Below are positions 49,536 to 61,595 of a stretch of DNA of 64,000 nucleotides, one piece after another. The translations under genes and the position numbers were made by a program. The notes beneath the pieces are model-generated. The model did not search any database. It had not been told where the DNA came from and saw only the letters and a list, made by a program, of their open reading frames with translations. Source of the DNA: Marsupella aquatica (lineage: Eukaryota > Plantae > Marchantiophyta); the NCBI GenBank assembly GCA_973895155.1, contig OZ316894.1, positions 5,232,944 through 5,296,943 of the forward strand, in the 5' to 3' direction. Position 1 is the first letter of the stretch. The number at the start of each line of letters is the position of its first letter.

Positions 49536-52500
49536 TGTAATTAGGTGATTATTCTAAAAAAAAGAGTTAAAGTATCAAAACCATAAAATTTTAAAATTTT
49601 AAAGTTTTTATAAGGCACTTTAAGCAAAATTAAGTTAGTATAAACTCAAATGAGTAAGGATACCATTGGAAGACGTCAAGGCCACTCTAGTTTTCACATA
49701 TTAGACGTCAAGACGGTAAGAAGTTGAAAGGAGCTTCAAAAATGAGGTGACGTCCTGGACGGCCTCCTCATAGGGACAGCCGGGACGGCGCCGTCCTGGA
49801 CGGCCTCCTCACGAAGACGGCGAAGACGGCGCCGGCTTGGACGGCTTCTACACAGGGAGGGCCGGGACGGCACCCATTTTTCGCCAAGGACGGCCGACTC
49901 CTTCCGCGCCGGCCCGCGTGAAAACTTGAGGATGTCTTGGACGGCCTCCACGTAGGGATGTCTGGGACGTCCACCCCGCCACGACCTAATGTGACGTCCG
50001 CGCCGGCCCAAACCTTTTTCTCCATTTTTCTTTGAGGGACGTCCATGGCGGCCGACAGTAGGGCGCGAGCTTCGACCCTTAGTGCTCACTCGTTAGACCA
50101 CCATTCGAGCTCGTTTCAATTGCTATAGCAACGCAACTGCCTAGAGAATATTCACCCCGATTCTGAACTGCCATTGATGAGACGTTGAGGAGTATTGGAT
50201 CATCGATGCTCTCTGATTTCTTGGAATTGAAGAAATTTCAATTTTGAGAGCTTCGCCTGATCAGAGCTCCTTCATTTCTATCTCTTTCCAGTTCATTTCT
50301 TCTCCCACAGTAGTGCAACTACCTTAGATCCCTGAGATTTCATTCTTGAACCTCAATGCTTAACCGTTTTTAGGAGGAGAGCTCTCGAGCCTTCTCAGAT
50401 TTTCTGAGCTATGGCCACCAGGAGCTTACCAATTAGTAAGGTCATTAGGGTGACCTTACCCCCAGGTCCTAAGGCTTACTTTAGACTCCTTAGTAACCTG
50501 GTAGAGATGGGCTTGAGTTCCTTACTTTTTCTTCCTTGGGATATGGTGCATGGGTCCATCATTGCCGATTTTCTTCGTCCATCCCGAGCTGGCGCTTTTC
50601 GGAGCTCTACTAGAGGTTCAACTGATGTGTGTACCACCGCCGTTGTTTCTAAGGTGTACCAGTTGAGCCAGGAAGGAGAGAGACTGATCTCTGTTGGGGA
50701 GGACTTGACTGTCCCCTACTTTAGAGGTACCAGGGACCGGAGATCTGGGTTGGAAGATTGATCAGTGCAGGAACCGGGAGTTAGCTCATCTACTCCGATT
50801 CCTTGTACCTATCTTTCATCCGACCAAACCCACCAGGGCTATGGTTTACTTGATCAGCTCTATCATCGTATCATGGACCGGCAGGAGGAGGATCAACTGG
50901 GCCCTAGCTCTTTCGGAGGTGATCGCCAAGCAGGTGGCTATCCTGTCTACTACCGGTGATACATATCTGACACCCTACTTGGCGCACATTTACTTTTCGA
51001 GAGGCTGCTTGTTACCAGTGGAGCTGCGCGATTGGAGGAGGAGAGCGAGACACTTTGAGCTCCCCCAGCCAGAGTTAGCGAGAGATTTGACTCCACCGCC
51101 TACGACATCTCCGAGACCCCCTCCAGTGGAGCAGACGTCAGTACCGGATCTACCAGGGATGACTTCTCCCTCTTTCGTTGCTTCCACTTCTTACACATCA
51201 TGGACTGATTTTGTTGGTGATGCTGAGCGACTAGCTAGTGTGGCTGGTTTCAACCAGCATTTGGTAGATGAGGCCACTAGACTCTTGAGTTGTACCCCTC
51301 TACAGTTACTTGACTGTATTCGTGCTTTGCTTTCTGAGTCTCATACCGCCCCACCCCCTCATGTCTCACCCCCTGCACCTTCACCACAGCCTGATCACCC
51401 TATGGATGTGGATGAGCCGGAGGTACCTATCGCTGATCCTTCACCACCTCCTCCATCCTCACCTACACCCCCTCTACCTGATCCCATTCCTTCCCCTATT
51501 ATTGATTCCCCTATCCCTCCTACATTTTCACCTGAGCATCCTCCATCTACTACCCCTGAGCCTTTACCCCTTTCACCAGTATCCCCTCCAGATCCATTTT
51601 ACTCCATTGCGGATACCACCCTATCACCCCTTGATGATTCATTTCCCTCTCCTACCAAGGAAGGAGATGAACCCATCCATGAGCCTATTCCCGAGACTGA
51701 GCCTGAGCCTCAGACTGTAGAGCCTCCCAGTGTACCATTTATAGCTCCTACTCCTTTGATGTCTCAGCCTCCTATTGTCTCTTCTGTTGCCGATATTGAG
51801 CCTCTTTTTGTCTTTCCCGCCCAGTTTGATAGGATGATTACGTCACTCATTGACGCATGCACTCCTCTTGCACCTCCTTTACTTCCACTTATGTTTGGTC
51901 GTGAGTCTTTTCCTTTTCCACACACCTACGACATGGTTCCGATTTCTCGTGGTATTCTATGGCTACCTATCGACAAGCTGAGACTACCCACGATTGAGAC
52001 TCCTGACCTTTGGAGTTGGGTTTATCACTGTAGAAAGGTCATAGCACCTTTCTCTCTTCCAGCTCCAGACATTCCATGGCCATCAGATTACTTTCTTTGG
52101 ATCGGACCGGATGGACATCCCATCCGAAAGACCAGTGAGCCCCGTTTGATTCGTTATCGTGAGGACCTTTTCCGTCGACAGTATTTGAAGGGACAAAGGA
52201 CCAAAGGGAAGATAGCCCTTGGTTATGTAGCTCGCCTCCCTCTACTTGTAGTCGACCCTCCTCCTATTACAGTATGAGATTAGTATTTTATTTTGTAGAT
52301 TTTTACTTAGCTTTGACCATTTGACTATCCCTTAGTCAAAGTTGACTTTTACTTTACTTAGTTTAGACTTAGGAAATGAAGAGGCATGTCTCTTCATTCT
52401 CCTTAGCCCGTGGGCGATCTCATGTACTTATTGTGATACTAGTCTCATTTTGAGACAGTGTGGATAGTTATTTGCATCTCCTCATCTTGGAGTTTTGTCC

Positions 52501-53325
52501 CTTGTACGTGTAATGCAATTTTGCAAGGAAGATTTGCATACCTTGGAATTTGATTACTTGTGCTAGGAGTCTACCCCTCCTTCGTATGGTAATGCATGTT
52601 GCAATTATCGTAAGAAGTAAAAATCCATAAAAATACAGTTTGTGGAATGTATTAGAAGATCCATTGGTCGGTGCCTAATCCAAACTACAACATTTGTTGT
52701 CAATTTCTGTATTTACATGAAGAACTTATCTTTGGAAGATAAGTATTGTATGAAATCAAGAAAAGAGAAATCTATATGTTAAGAAGTAGCGACATTCTTA
52801 ATTCACGGATTTGAAGTACCATTGTGGTATACTGAATGTGCATTAGTTTTTCTTTGGAATTGCGCATCGCTGAAGAAGGAAACATGTTGCCGGCATTTTA
52901 ATGACACACTACTATACACACAATCCGAAACTTATCTTGGGTTTTGTGAGCATAGACACTTCTTAAACTTAGATTTATGATGGAAACCTAGAGAGCAGTT
53001 ATAGCAAGGTTATGTTTGACTTATCAACGTCTCAAATAATATCGTAGCTCTTTCTTAAGACATGGTGACGGAGTTAAACATTACTAAACTATACCTTTAA
53101 AAGCTCTAAGATTCTATTATTCAGCAAATGTCACTTTTGTTCTTATTTTGTTAATTGCCTGTGTTTTGTTTAAGATTCTATTTTTCTTATAGATGTTGAG
53201 TACCATCTCTAAACCACTCAAAACACTTTAAAACATCTTTTCATCCCATTCTTGTTCTTCCATGGGAACAAACACCGAGTTTTTAGCATATATTCGATGA
53301 TATTTGCTTTTGTTAGCATACGACA
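49536..53325 (+). mobile_element. 3.8 kb TG..CA element (giant solo LTR or deleted Ty3-like retroelement) carrying an internal ORF
   Basis: Starts TGTAA and ends CGACA. TSD tgcgg (49531-35) / tgccg (53326-30). The empty site gattgccgtcatag is seen at about 1638, 18816 and 32991. GC-rich gacggc-repeat patch at 49740-50075. No gag/pol and no second LTR seen. Confidence 0.85.
50411..52277 (+). CDS. Retroelement-associated accessory protein, about 620 aa, with a Pro-rich centre; one +1 frameshift as assembled
   Basis: ORFs 50411-50761 and 50841-52277 join if one G of ggg (50747-49) is removed, giving ...RRSGWKIDQCRNRELAHLLRFLVPIFHPTKPTRAMVYL...INWALAL...YLTPYLAHIY. This resembles bryophyte retrotransposon extra-ORF proteins (from memory, not searched). 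Confidence 0.6.
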
Positions 53326-53434
53326 TGCCGTCATAGCCACTTTCAGTAGCAATGTGCAAGCATTTAGAGTGATAAGATAAGGGCAGTGTTGTACGTCGTG
53401 GCACAAAGTAGGCGACCATTGATTGACCATAAAC

Positions 53435-53670
53435 TTAGACTGCCACAAATGGACTCAATCTGGGGTGAAAGGAAGACCCTCTCCATTTGTATCTCATCTG
53501 AGCACTGGTGGCTGCGGAAATTGGGAAACATGTCCACCTATCCTCGTCAACGTTGTATGCAAGGACTCGACTGCCAGAGTCCACCCTAAAAAAAATGTAA
53601 TTACTATCTCCCACGGGTTGACCAAATATATTGCCCACTTTCAGATCAGCGGGAGGGCCCCGAGCCAACT
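53435..53670 (-). pseudogene. F-box gene remnant, unit 4 (last ~78 codons)
   Basis: Near-identical to 1750-1985, then joined at 53671 to sequence homologous to 7956 (a deletion of about 6 kb relative to unit 1). Confidence 0.8.
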
Positions 53671-56051
53671 GTAATTTCTAGGGCGTTTTTGTTGATTTGC
53701 CTAGGCAGTGAATGTTACCATGTGTCAAGGAGGAGATGCTACAAAATTCATGTGTCCATCCAAGTACCATTGTCAAACATTTTTGTCCATCCCTGCTTTG
53801 ACTTGCAAACAATGTTCTATTGATCTTTTTTCATTTTTTCTTTGCATTGTTTACTATCCTATGTATCCCCCACACTAGTGTAAATTACTAATCTGCCCCC
53901 AAAACTAAACTAATTATCAGATTGCCCCCATTTGGTGTATGGGTTGGCTTAGCTCGACTATACTGACCCATGATTACTGGCATACCATTGGGTTGCGCCC
54001 CACTTTAACGGTTGGAGGGAATTAGTTTGGACAAATTATGAGCCTCAGTCCACGTGTTCCCATAAAAACATGTGGCATCTTGGGCTTGTCTAGTCTGGCT
54101 AATCCAACTCACATACAAAACGGGGGCAACCTGGTGATTCATTAATTTTTGAGGCAGGTTAGTGCATTTAACTTGTTTGGGGGTAGGGAAGTAAAAGATG
54201 GGGTTTTCCTTCTTCTTTTTTAAATGTGGGGGGAGGGGAAGGGAAACCCTGTCCAAGACAACAAGCCACAAAACCAGCCAGATGTCTCAGGTTCTATTAA
54301 GTTTTTTTTCCCCAAATCCCATGAGATTTCTCATTATTTTTCTTGCAGTTTTTGCATCATTCACATGAGACATTACACTTGGTTTGCAACTTTTGGTAGC
54401 CACAAACTCCAAAGGTTTTTTCTTTAAATTCCATTGAGCTTTGAACTCTTGGGGATATCTAGTCTAAAAGACTTATTGTTGCAAACTCCAACAACAAAAT
54501 CTTCATTTTTTCATTTGAGTTCAAACTACCTACTGTTCCAGGGTCATTCAAGGGGGCATTCTGTTCAGATAGAAAATCTGGACCCTCAATTTGAGTTTCA
54601 ACAATAAATTTGAAACATTTTTCTGTTGTAGGTCAAACTTACCTACCAAATTCCCATGAACAGGTGGCCTGGGCCTTGTATTAGAATAGTGCATGAGGGG
54701 GGAGTTCTACTGAAATCAAAAGCCCTATGGTAGACCTAGCTTCTATTTGCCTTATTCAAACAGTAAGTTCTGGCAAGGATCATATAGAGCCCTGTTTGAA
54801 ACATGGATTAGAACTTTTCTAATGGAGACAAGGCCGTGTTTGTCTCACTCCATTGGAGACAAAGATTGCATGTGCAAACATAACAACAAAAATTCAATTC
54901 ACTTCAAGCCTATCCTCCAACACAAAGTTCAGGTGTTCTATTACAGGATAGCCTCATGTTTTAAGAGATAACACTTTTTGTCAGACTCCGTATTTCTGTA
55001 AATTTTCAAGTCTACAATGGATGATAACTTAAACCTAAAAGTTTCAAATCCTCATTTCCATCAATTTTGGGAAAGAGGGCCTTAACCAGGTCCCTTGTGC
55101 ATCCAAATTCGAGGTTTTATATAAATGTTTTGTATAACGGATTGGAGATGCAAATCTAGAAAAGCTTGATAACCTATTGGAATTGTTAAATTCCATAGAA
55201 AAGGGATCACAAACACATTCAGTTGAATAAATGGTTTTTTGTAAATAGTTTTAATTTGAGCAGGTGTTGATTCTAAATTTAGTTTTGTGGATTTTATGCT
55301 TAATACATAAGGTCGTAAAACATCAGGCTATCTATTACAGGATAGCCTCACGTTTTAAGAGATAACACTTTTTGTCGGACTCTGTGTTTCTGTAATTTTT
55401 TCAACTCTACAATGCATGTTAACTTAAATCTAAAAGTTTCAAATCCTCATTTCCATCAATTTTGGGAAAGAGGGATTTAACCAGGTCCCTCCGGCGTCTT
55501 GTGGACTACATGGGCACCATAGATGGATTTTAGACTTTACCAGCCCGTCTGACGGTGGATTGTCCAAAGTATTGAGATGTGGTTACACCTCACACTTGAA
55601 TGCAGTCAACACCAGGTCCTTCTCCGCTAAGCAGGGTGCGACCACTTGACTCAGAGCATAACTCCATCTGAAGAATATATATTAAGCTTTGGTAACACTT
55701 AATATTTTACTTGATTACAGAATGAACCCTGTTGGAGCTGAAAAGTGCTTGGTGTGATCTATGAAGTTCAAGCTACTTAACAAAAAACGTTTTGTACATC
55801 TCCAACACTCAATCCTATATACTCAAAATCTTGCCTAATCTGGCTTCCTAGTGCATAATTATGTAGGACTCCACATAGGCATCCAGTTTGCTAACCAGAA
55901 AACAAGTAACAAAAATTAGGTTTTCTGGGCAATATGACATACATTGGGCTAGTGAGAGACTACGTGTGCTAGCGAAGTGGTGTCTATTTGGGTTTTTCCC
56001 TCGTATGACAGAAACGTTTGCCAATACCACCAAAAATTCCTCCCATGGTAC

Positions 56052-59000
56052 TTATACCCGGCTGTCCTCAACAGGCGGTTTCCTTTTATAACATCTCGTT
56101 CCGTCTATATCAATGGACACATACGTCCAGCCCAAACTATCCATTTTCGAGTCGTCGAGTAAGGGACATAAGTCTACGAAAACTCGCATGCCCTCCGTTT
56201 TCGTTGTCTGGGACGACTGCTCTGCTTGCAACCTGAGCTCGTCACTTTGCTCCCCTTGTGGCAATGCCCCTTGAACCGAGGACGACCTTCCCAAGCTTTT
56301 CTGGCAGCATCTTCAGTCTACTGCAATACTGAAGTCTCACTTCTTTCAGACAAGAGAGTTGCCCCAAACTGTCCGGAAGGCTCTCCAACGCACCGGAGAT
56401 GGTGAGCCTTTCTAGAGAAGAGAGAGTTCCAAGCTCATCCGGCAATGTCTCCAAACGCGGCAACCAATGCAGACGCAGGGCCCTTAATGACGAAAGGCTA
56501 CCCAAACCTGCCGGGAGGATCCGTGTCTTCCGCCCCCGCCCTCTGAGAGTTAGCTCATGTTCAAAGCACCGAAAGTGTTCAAAAAGGTCGGGTGCCTCCT
56601 CATGCCCATCACAATCAAATTCAACCTCTTGCAATGATGGAATTTGTCCGATGCCATCGAGTAGGCTTCTCGCGTTCTTTCCCACCGCAAGAGTCACTTT
56701 CTTCAGACACCGAAACTGCCGTACGCTCTCCGTCAGGCTTCCCAAGCTTCTTGACCGGATAGATAATTCTTCCAGGGAAGAGAGGGTTCCAAAATTGTCG
56801 GGCAGCCTCTCCAATTTAGAGCACTCCAATTTCAACCTTTGAAGAGACTTCAGACGAGAAAAGCTGTCTGGTAGGGTCTGCAGCTCATCAGCATCAAAAA
56901 TGTCCAATAACTGCAGCTGAAGGAGCTGGCCGAAATCCTCTGGCAACCTCTTCAATCTCTTAGCGTTTCTGAGACTCAATTCTCTCAAATTGTGGAGCCC
57001 CCCCAAGCTCTCTGGCAACTCCTCCAACTGGGGGCATTGTAATTTGAAAGTTTTCAAAAAAATAACCTCCTCCATACTTTCAGGGAGAAGCTTAGCAACC
57101 GAAGACTTGAAAGTCAAATAACGCAGTGCATACAAGTTACCCACACTCAGAGGAAGAGTCTCCACCCTATCGACATCAAGCTTCAATTCCTCCAGTAGAG
57201 CAAGCTCTCCTAGGTTTTCGGGCAATATCTCCAATTTTGGACAAACTATCTCTAACTGGCGGAGAGACTTCAGACAGCAGAAACTTTCAGGTAAAGTCTC
57301 TAGGTGCGCAGATGAAATGTACAATTCCTTCAGTGCCGTCCATTCGGCGAAATCGTCGCGCAAGCTCCTTAGTTGTCCAGTCGTGCTAATGTGAAGTACT
57401 TCTAGTCCCGAGAGAAGGTTGAAGCTCGGAGGGAGCCTTTCCAGAGCCACGCCTGTCAAATACAGTACTCGTAGAGAGGCTAAGGTGCCAAAAGCATCCC
57501 CCAACTCTTCGAAGCCACGGCACCGCTCTATCCTTAATTGCTTTAGTCCCGAAAGCCGGGAGAAAGACTGCGGTAGACACTTGATCAACGGGCACCTCCT
57601 GATGCGCACTTCTTCCAATGACGTGAGTGAACTGCCAAACGAGTCAGGGAGACCTGCAAGCTCTTCACAGTCTTCAATTTCTAACGTTGCAAGGCGGGAT
57701 AGATTCCCTAAGGATTCAGGTAACGCCAAATATTGTATACTGGCAAGTTCAAGATGTTCGAGGGCTCGAAGGTTGCCAAGTGATTTCGGCAAAGTGAGAG
57801 ACCCTAGACCCCTCAACTCCAACCGTCTCAACCGAGATAGATTCCCAAAATTCTCAGGCAGATGGACCAAACCTTCTAGGTTACATAGACACAAAATGCG
57901 CAGATTGGTCAGATTCCCCAATGCTTCCGGAAACTCCTCTGGAATCCAAAAATTCCTTACTTCCAGCACAGCCAAATTCTCCATTTTGTTGAGGCTCAGC
58001 TCGAACTCTGACAATTTCAATCGGTCACCTCCGACAACCTGTAGAAGCGATATCTTCCTCGTGAGACCATTTCCCGAACCTTCTGTGGAGACACCATAAA
58101 GATGTATGTATTTCAATCCCTCCAGTTTGACCAGCGAATCCAACTGAAGTGTCCGTTGGCTATCGTGGGATCTACCAAAATACCAGAGCCTCAACATTTT
58201 GTCCTTACCTCCACCTGCACATTTAAAAGGAATTATTAAATGATTATTTCCTAGCTACAAGTAGTGGTCTACTAAGAAGGCAAATATAAGGAAAGTATAT
58301 AGGGTTGAATTTCTCTTTTAGCCTACCTTGCATGATTTTAACAGGTACATCAGTTGACTGTACTGGAAAGAACAGTTACCTCCTTGTCATTCAACCGATC
58401 CACTGCTGAGGCTGATGATGCATCATCAGTAGCCAAAACCATGATGTCATTGGAAATAGTCTGAGCCAAGTCTCGAAGCTGCTCATGGACCCATACTCGG
58501 TTCTTGATTTCTTTCACCAATGACCTGCTCACCAAATTGTCCCACGTTGTTTGCATAGTTTGCGTTAGATTGCTCCATGCGGCAAGGGCCCGGTCCAATG
58601 GGTGTTTGAAGAAATATGACGCAGCCTCTGTGAACATCTCCTGTTCCTCTGGTAACAGGGCATCATAGCTTATCCTAAAGGAAGCCCACACTCTGTCCCT
58701 TTTCTCTCCTGTTATGGCTTGTGCTTTTCTCAACCTCTGTAGAGCATCTATCCACACTTCAACATTTCTTCCTCTGAGGTAAGTGCCGATAACTTCCAAC
58801 GTCAACGGCAACCCACCACATTTTTTTACCACTGCATTGACTTTGTCAATGAGAAAGTCTGGAACAACCTTCGATTCAAATGCATGATGGCATAATAGAG
58901 TCTTTGCATCATCGTCTTTCAAAAACTCTACCTCATGGACAATGCAACCTTTATAATATTTGAAAACTTCTTTGTCACGACTTGTCACGATAACACAACT

Positions 59001-61595
59001 TCCCGCTCGAAAGTGCTCCAATTTTGGTAGAACTTTGAGCTGATCCTGCGCATCTACGTCAACCATGGCGATTAAAGCTTTCTTGCTGCGCAAATACTGC
59101 CACTCCATTGAACCCTTGTGTGTTTTCTTCCCATTGTGATGAAAGTGATTGAGAACCCGATCCTCCAATTTGTGTGATGGGATGCCTTTTACATTATCCA
59201 CAAAGCACGTGTATTCAAAGGCTTTGGAAAGAGTGTTAAATGCTTGCATTGCAAGAGTGGTCTTGCCAATCCCTCCCATGCCGAAAATTCCAAGAGCAGC
59301 TCCACCAACAAGCTTCTCCATCACATCCAAGGCGCGTCTCTCCAAATCAAGAGGGAAGTTTGGAAGCCCATGAACTTCATGAACAGGCACTTCCACCTGA
59401 CGAGATCAAATAATTTGGATCAGAACACTCGGAATTATAGATAGCAACTACAGAGTTCATATGACAACAATCATTCATGGTTGAACCCAGCGGTATGCTT
59501 AGCTCTAAAAACATTCCGAAGCTAGAGGAGCATATGGTGAACTAGGAGGGTATTTGGATTTTGGAGGATGTGAACATTTAAGAATACGATGTTGCGACTA
59601 GCCAGCTAGATTGAGGCTATCCTACTTTCAGAAATATGTGGAAAGCAAGAGACTTTTGGTCTATGGCCCGTGCAGACTCTTTCACCCCTCAAAGCTAGAC
59701 CTCTGGTATGATCGATTTAACAACTATCCAGTCAATATCTATGGTCTTGCCCATGGAACCAGATGTTGACCAAGTGAGATTATAACAACTGGAAGTAAAT
59801 TATCCCACTAGCACTGAACTTACCGCCTAAGGTATATATAGCATTCATAACAATCTGTGGACATTCTTCGTGGTCTACTTCAGAAAAGTCTCTATCATTT
59901 TAGGGGACTTGCTCTCTGTATCCACTCTTATTGTTTCTCCTCGAAGCCAAGTTTTGCAATGCAACAGTTACTTTGGGTTTGAGAGAACGAAAATCTTGAG
60001 TTTCTTCTTCATCCTAAATTTCCGATAACATATGTCATCAACAATTCCTATGATTATTTGTTGCCAGCTTTCAAGGAAATACTCTGTGACACGCTAACAA
60101 CTCAACGTTAAGATGAGATCACGAAGCCAAACGTAGGAACAATTCAGTGCCAGCCATCGGCTGCATAATCCTACCTTCATATCGTCAACAATGTGTATGA
60201 GGAAGTCCTTCAGTTTGTGGAAGCTCCTTGACGACTTGGTCCTTGGTCGACAAATGGAAAAGTGGTCTGCTCCGTCTACAACATTAAAATTGTCCTTCCT
60301 CACAGATGCCTCAGGGCCCACCATGACTTCCCTACCAAACCAGCCCTGCCCATGAATGGCCAAAGGTTGAACTTCATTAGATTACAACTGTGTGCCTGTC
60401 TCCATCTTAGGCTTTGAGAACAGACTTTTCCACACCTCAGAATCGGCAATCCAAAGGAACAAGTGCTTGTAGATTACTCAAATCTTACTCCAGCATTGAG
60501 AAAATGCCGCTGGAAACCATATGCTAGAAGGTTGAATGCTCTGACAGCATCAATTGTTACTTTATGCAGAACTCTACCAATTGCTACTCATTTACAACAG
60601 TAGGCAATGCGAGATTCTGATTAAATGATTGGGTAGCAATCGCAGTTGTACCAAATTTGTAGGGCGGCCTTCTCCAAGTCCTGCAAACTGCCATTTCTCA
60701 TACACTTTACGTATGGTATCAAATCGACTATTCAGCCGTTCCGTGTCTCTACTCAACGTTTTGAAGAACTTTAGCAAAGCACCTCCTCTTTTATCTGCCA
60801 GACGGTCTGCAGCAGGGCTTCCGTGATGAGGGGTAGCATAATAAAATACCCCGCTGATGTTGTTCACCAACTTCTCCAACTTCTTCCTCTCGAAATCTCG
60901 GCGCACTTGGAGTCTGTCATGCGCTTGGCAACACAATTCTTTGATCACCAATCCTCCAATGGAGTGGCCCACCAATACAATTGGACAATTCGATTCTTGC
61001 CCAATGTTGGCCATCAGAAGATCTGAGATCAGATTTTCCCCTAAATTGAACATATCATTGTTATCGTTTGAGTTCTTTCTTAGGATTGCACTGTAAGACA
61101 CTGAAAATATCTGAGCTTCAGGAATGTCCTCAACCAACCACTCCTGCGGCCAGATGCAGGAGTCATCCTCACATTTCCATGTAGACAGATGTGGGTCTCT
61201 GCTGTTTGGCCCCAACTGGAGGCCATGGAAAAACACAACCTGTATGCTCGTTCTGCCTGCAGGCTTGTACAACTGGTACACGGAGTCATTTACCTGAGAA
61301 AACCAATCACAATGAGAAAAAAGGGACTGCGAATGTCACCAGTCGTGCTCTGCATGGATGACAGAGGCTCGACTCGGCTTGGAAGCAACGTCTTGAACAG
61401 CTTTAATGGGATTGCTAAGGGATGCTCAAGAGCTTTCCAAATTGACCCAACTACAAAAACAAACCTAAAGCGATTTGGACAAATAGACTCAACGTAAAAG
61501 CAAAAAACCTGGAAGCCCGATTTTAGGGGATCTGGACTGTGTATTACCTTAAAAATTTGAGAAGACCCTTGCGGTCTGGATGAGGCACCCAACAT
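56052..61595 (-). pseudogene. HNL copy 4, frameshifted as assembled, lacks one LRR, Walker B D-to-V
   Basis: Exons 61595-61548, 61293-60652, 60345-60175, 59396-58380 and 58214-56052. A -1 at 58193-94 gives an immediate TGA in exon 5, and there is a +1 at 56297-300. In-frame 69 bp deletion at about 57011. AMVDVD replaces AMDDVD. Confidence 0.85.

Noticed and set aside
49736-50089. Arg/Pro-rich minus-strand ORFs
   Set aside because: By-product of the GC-rich gacggc repeat patch near the 5' end of the TG..CA element.
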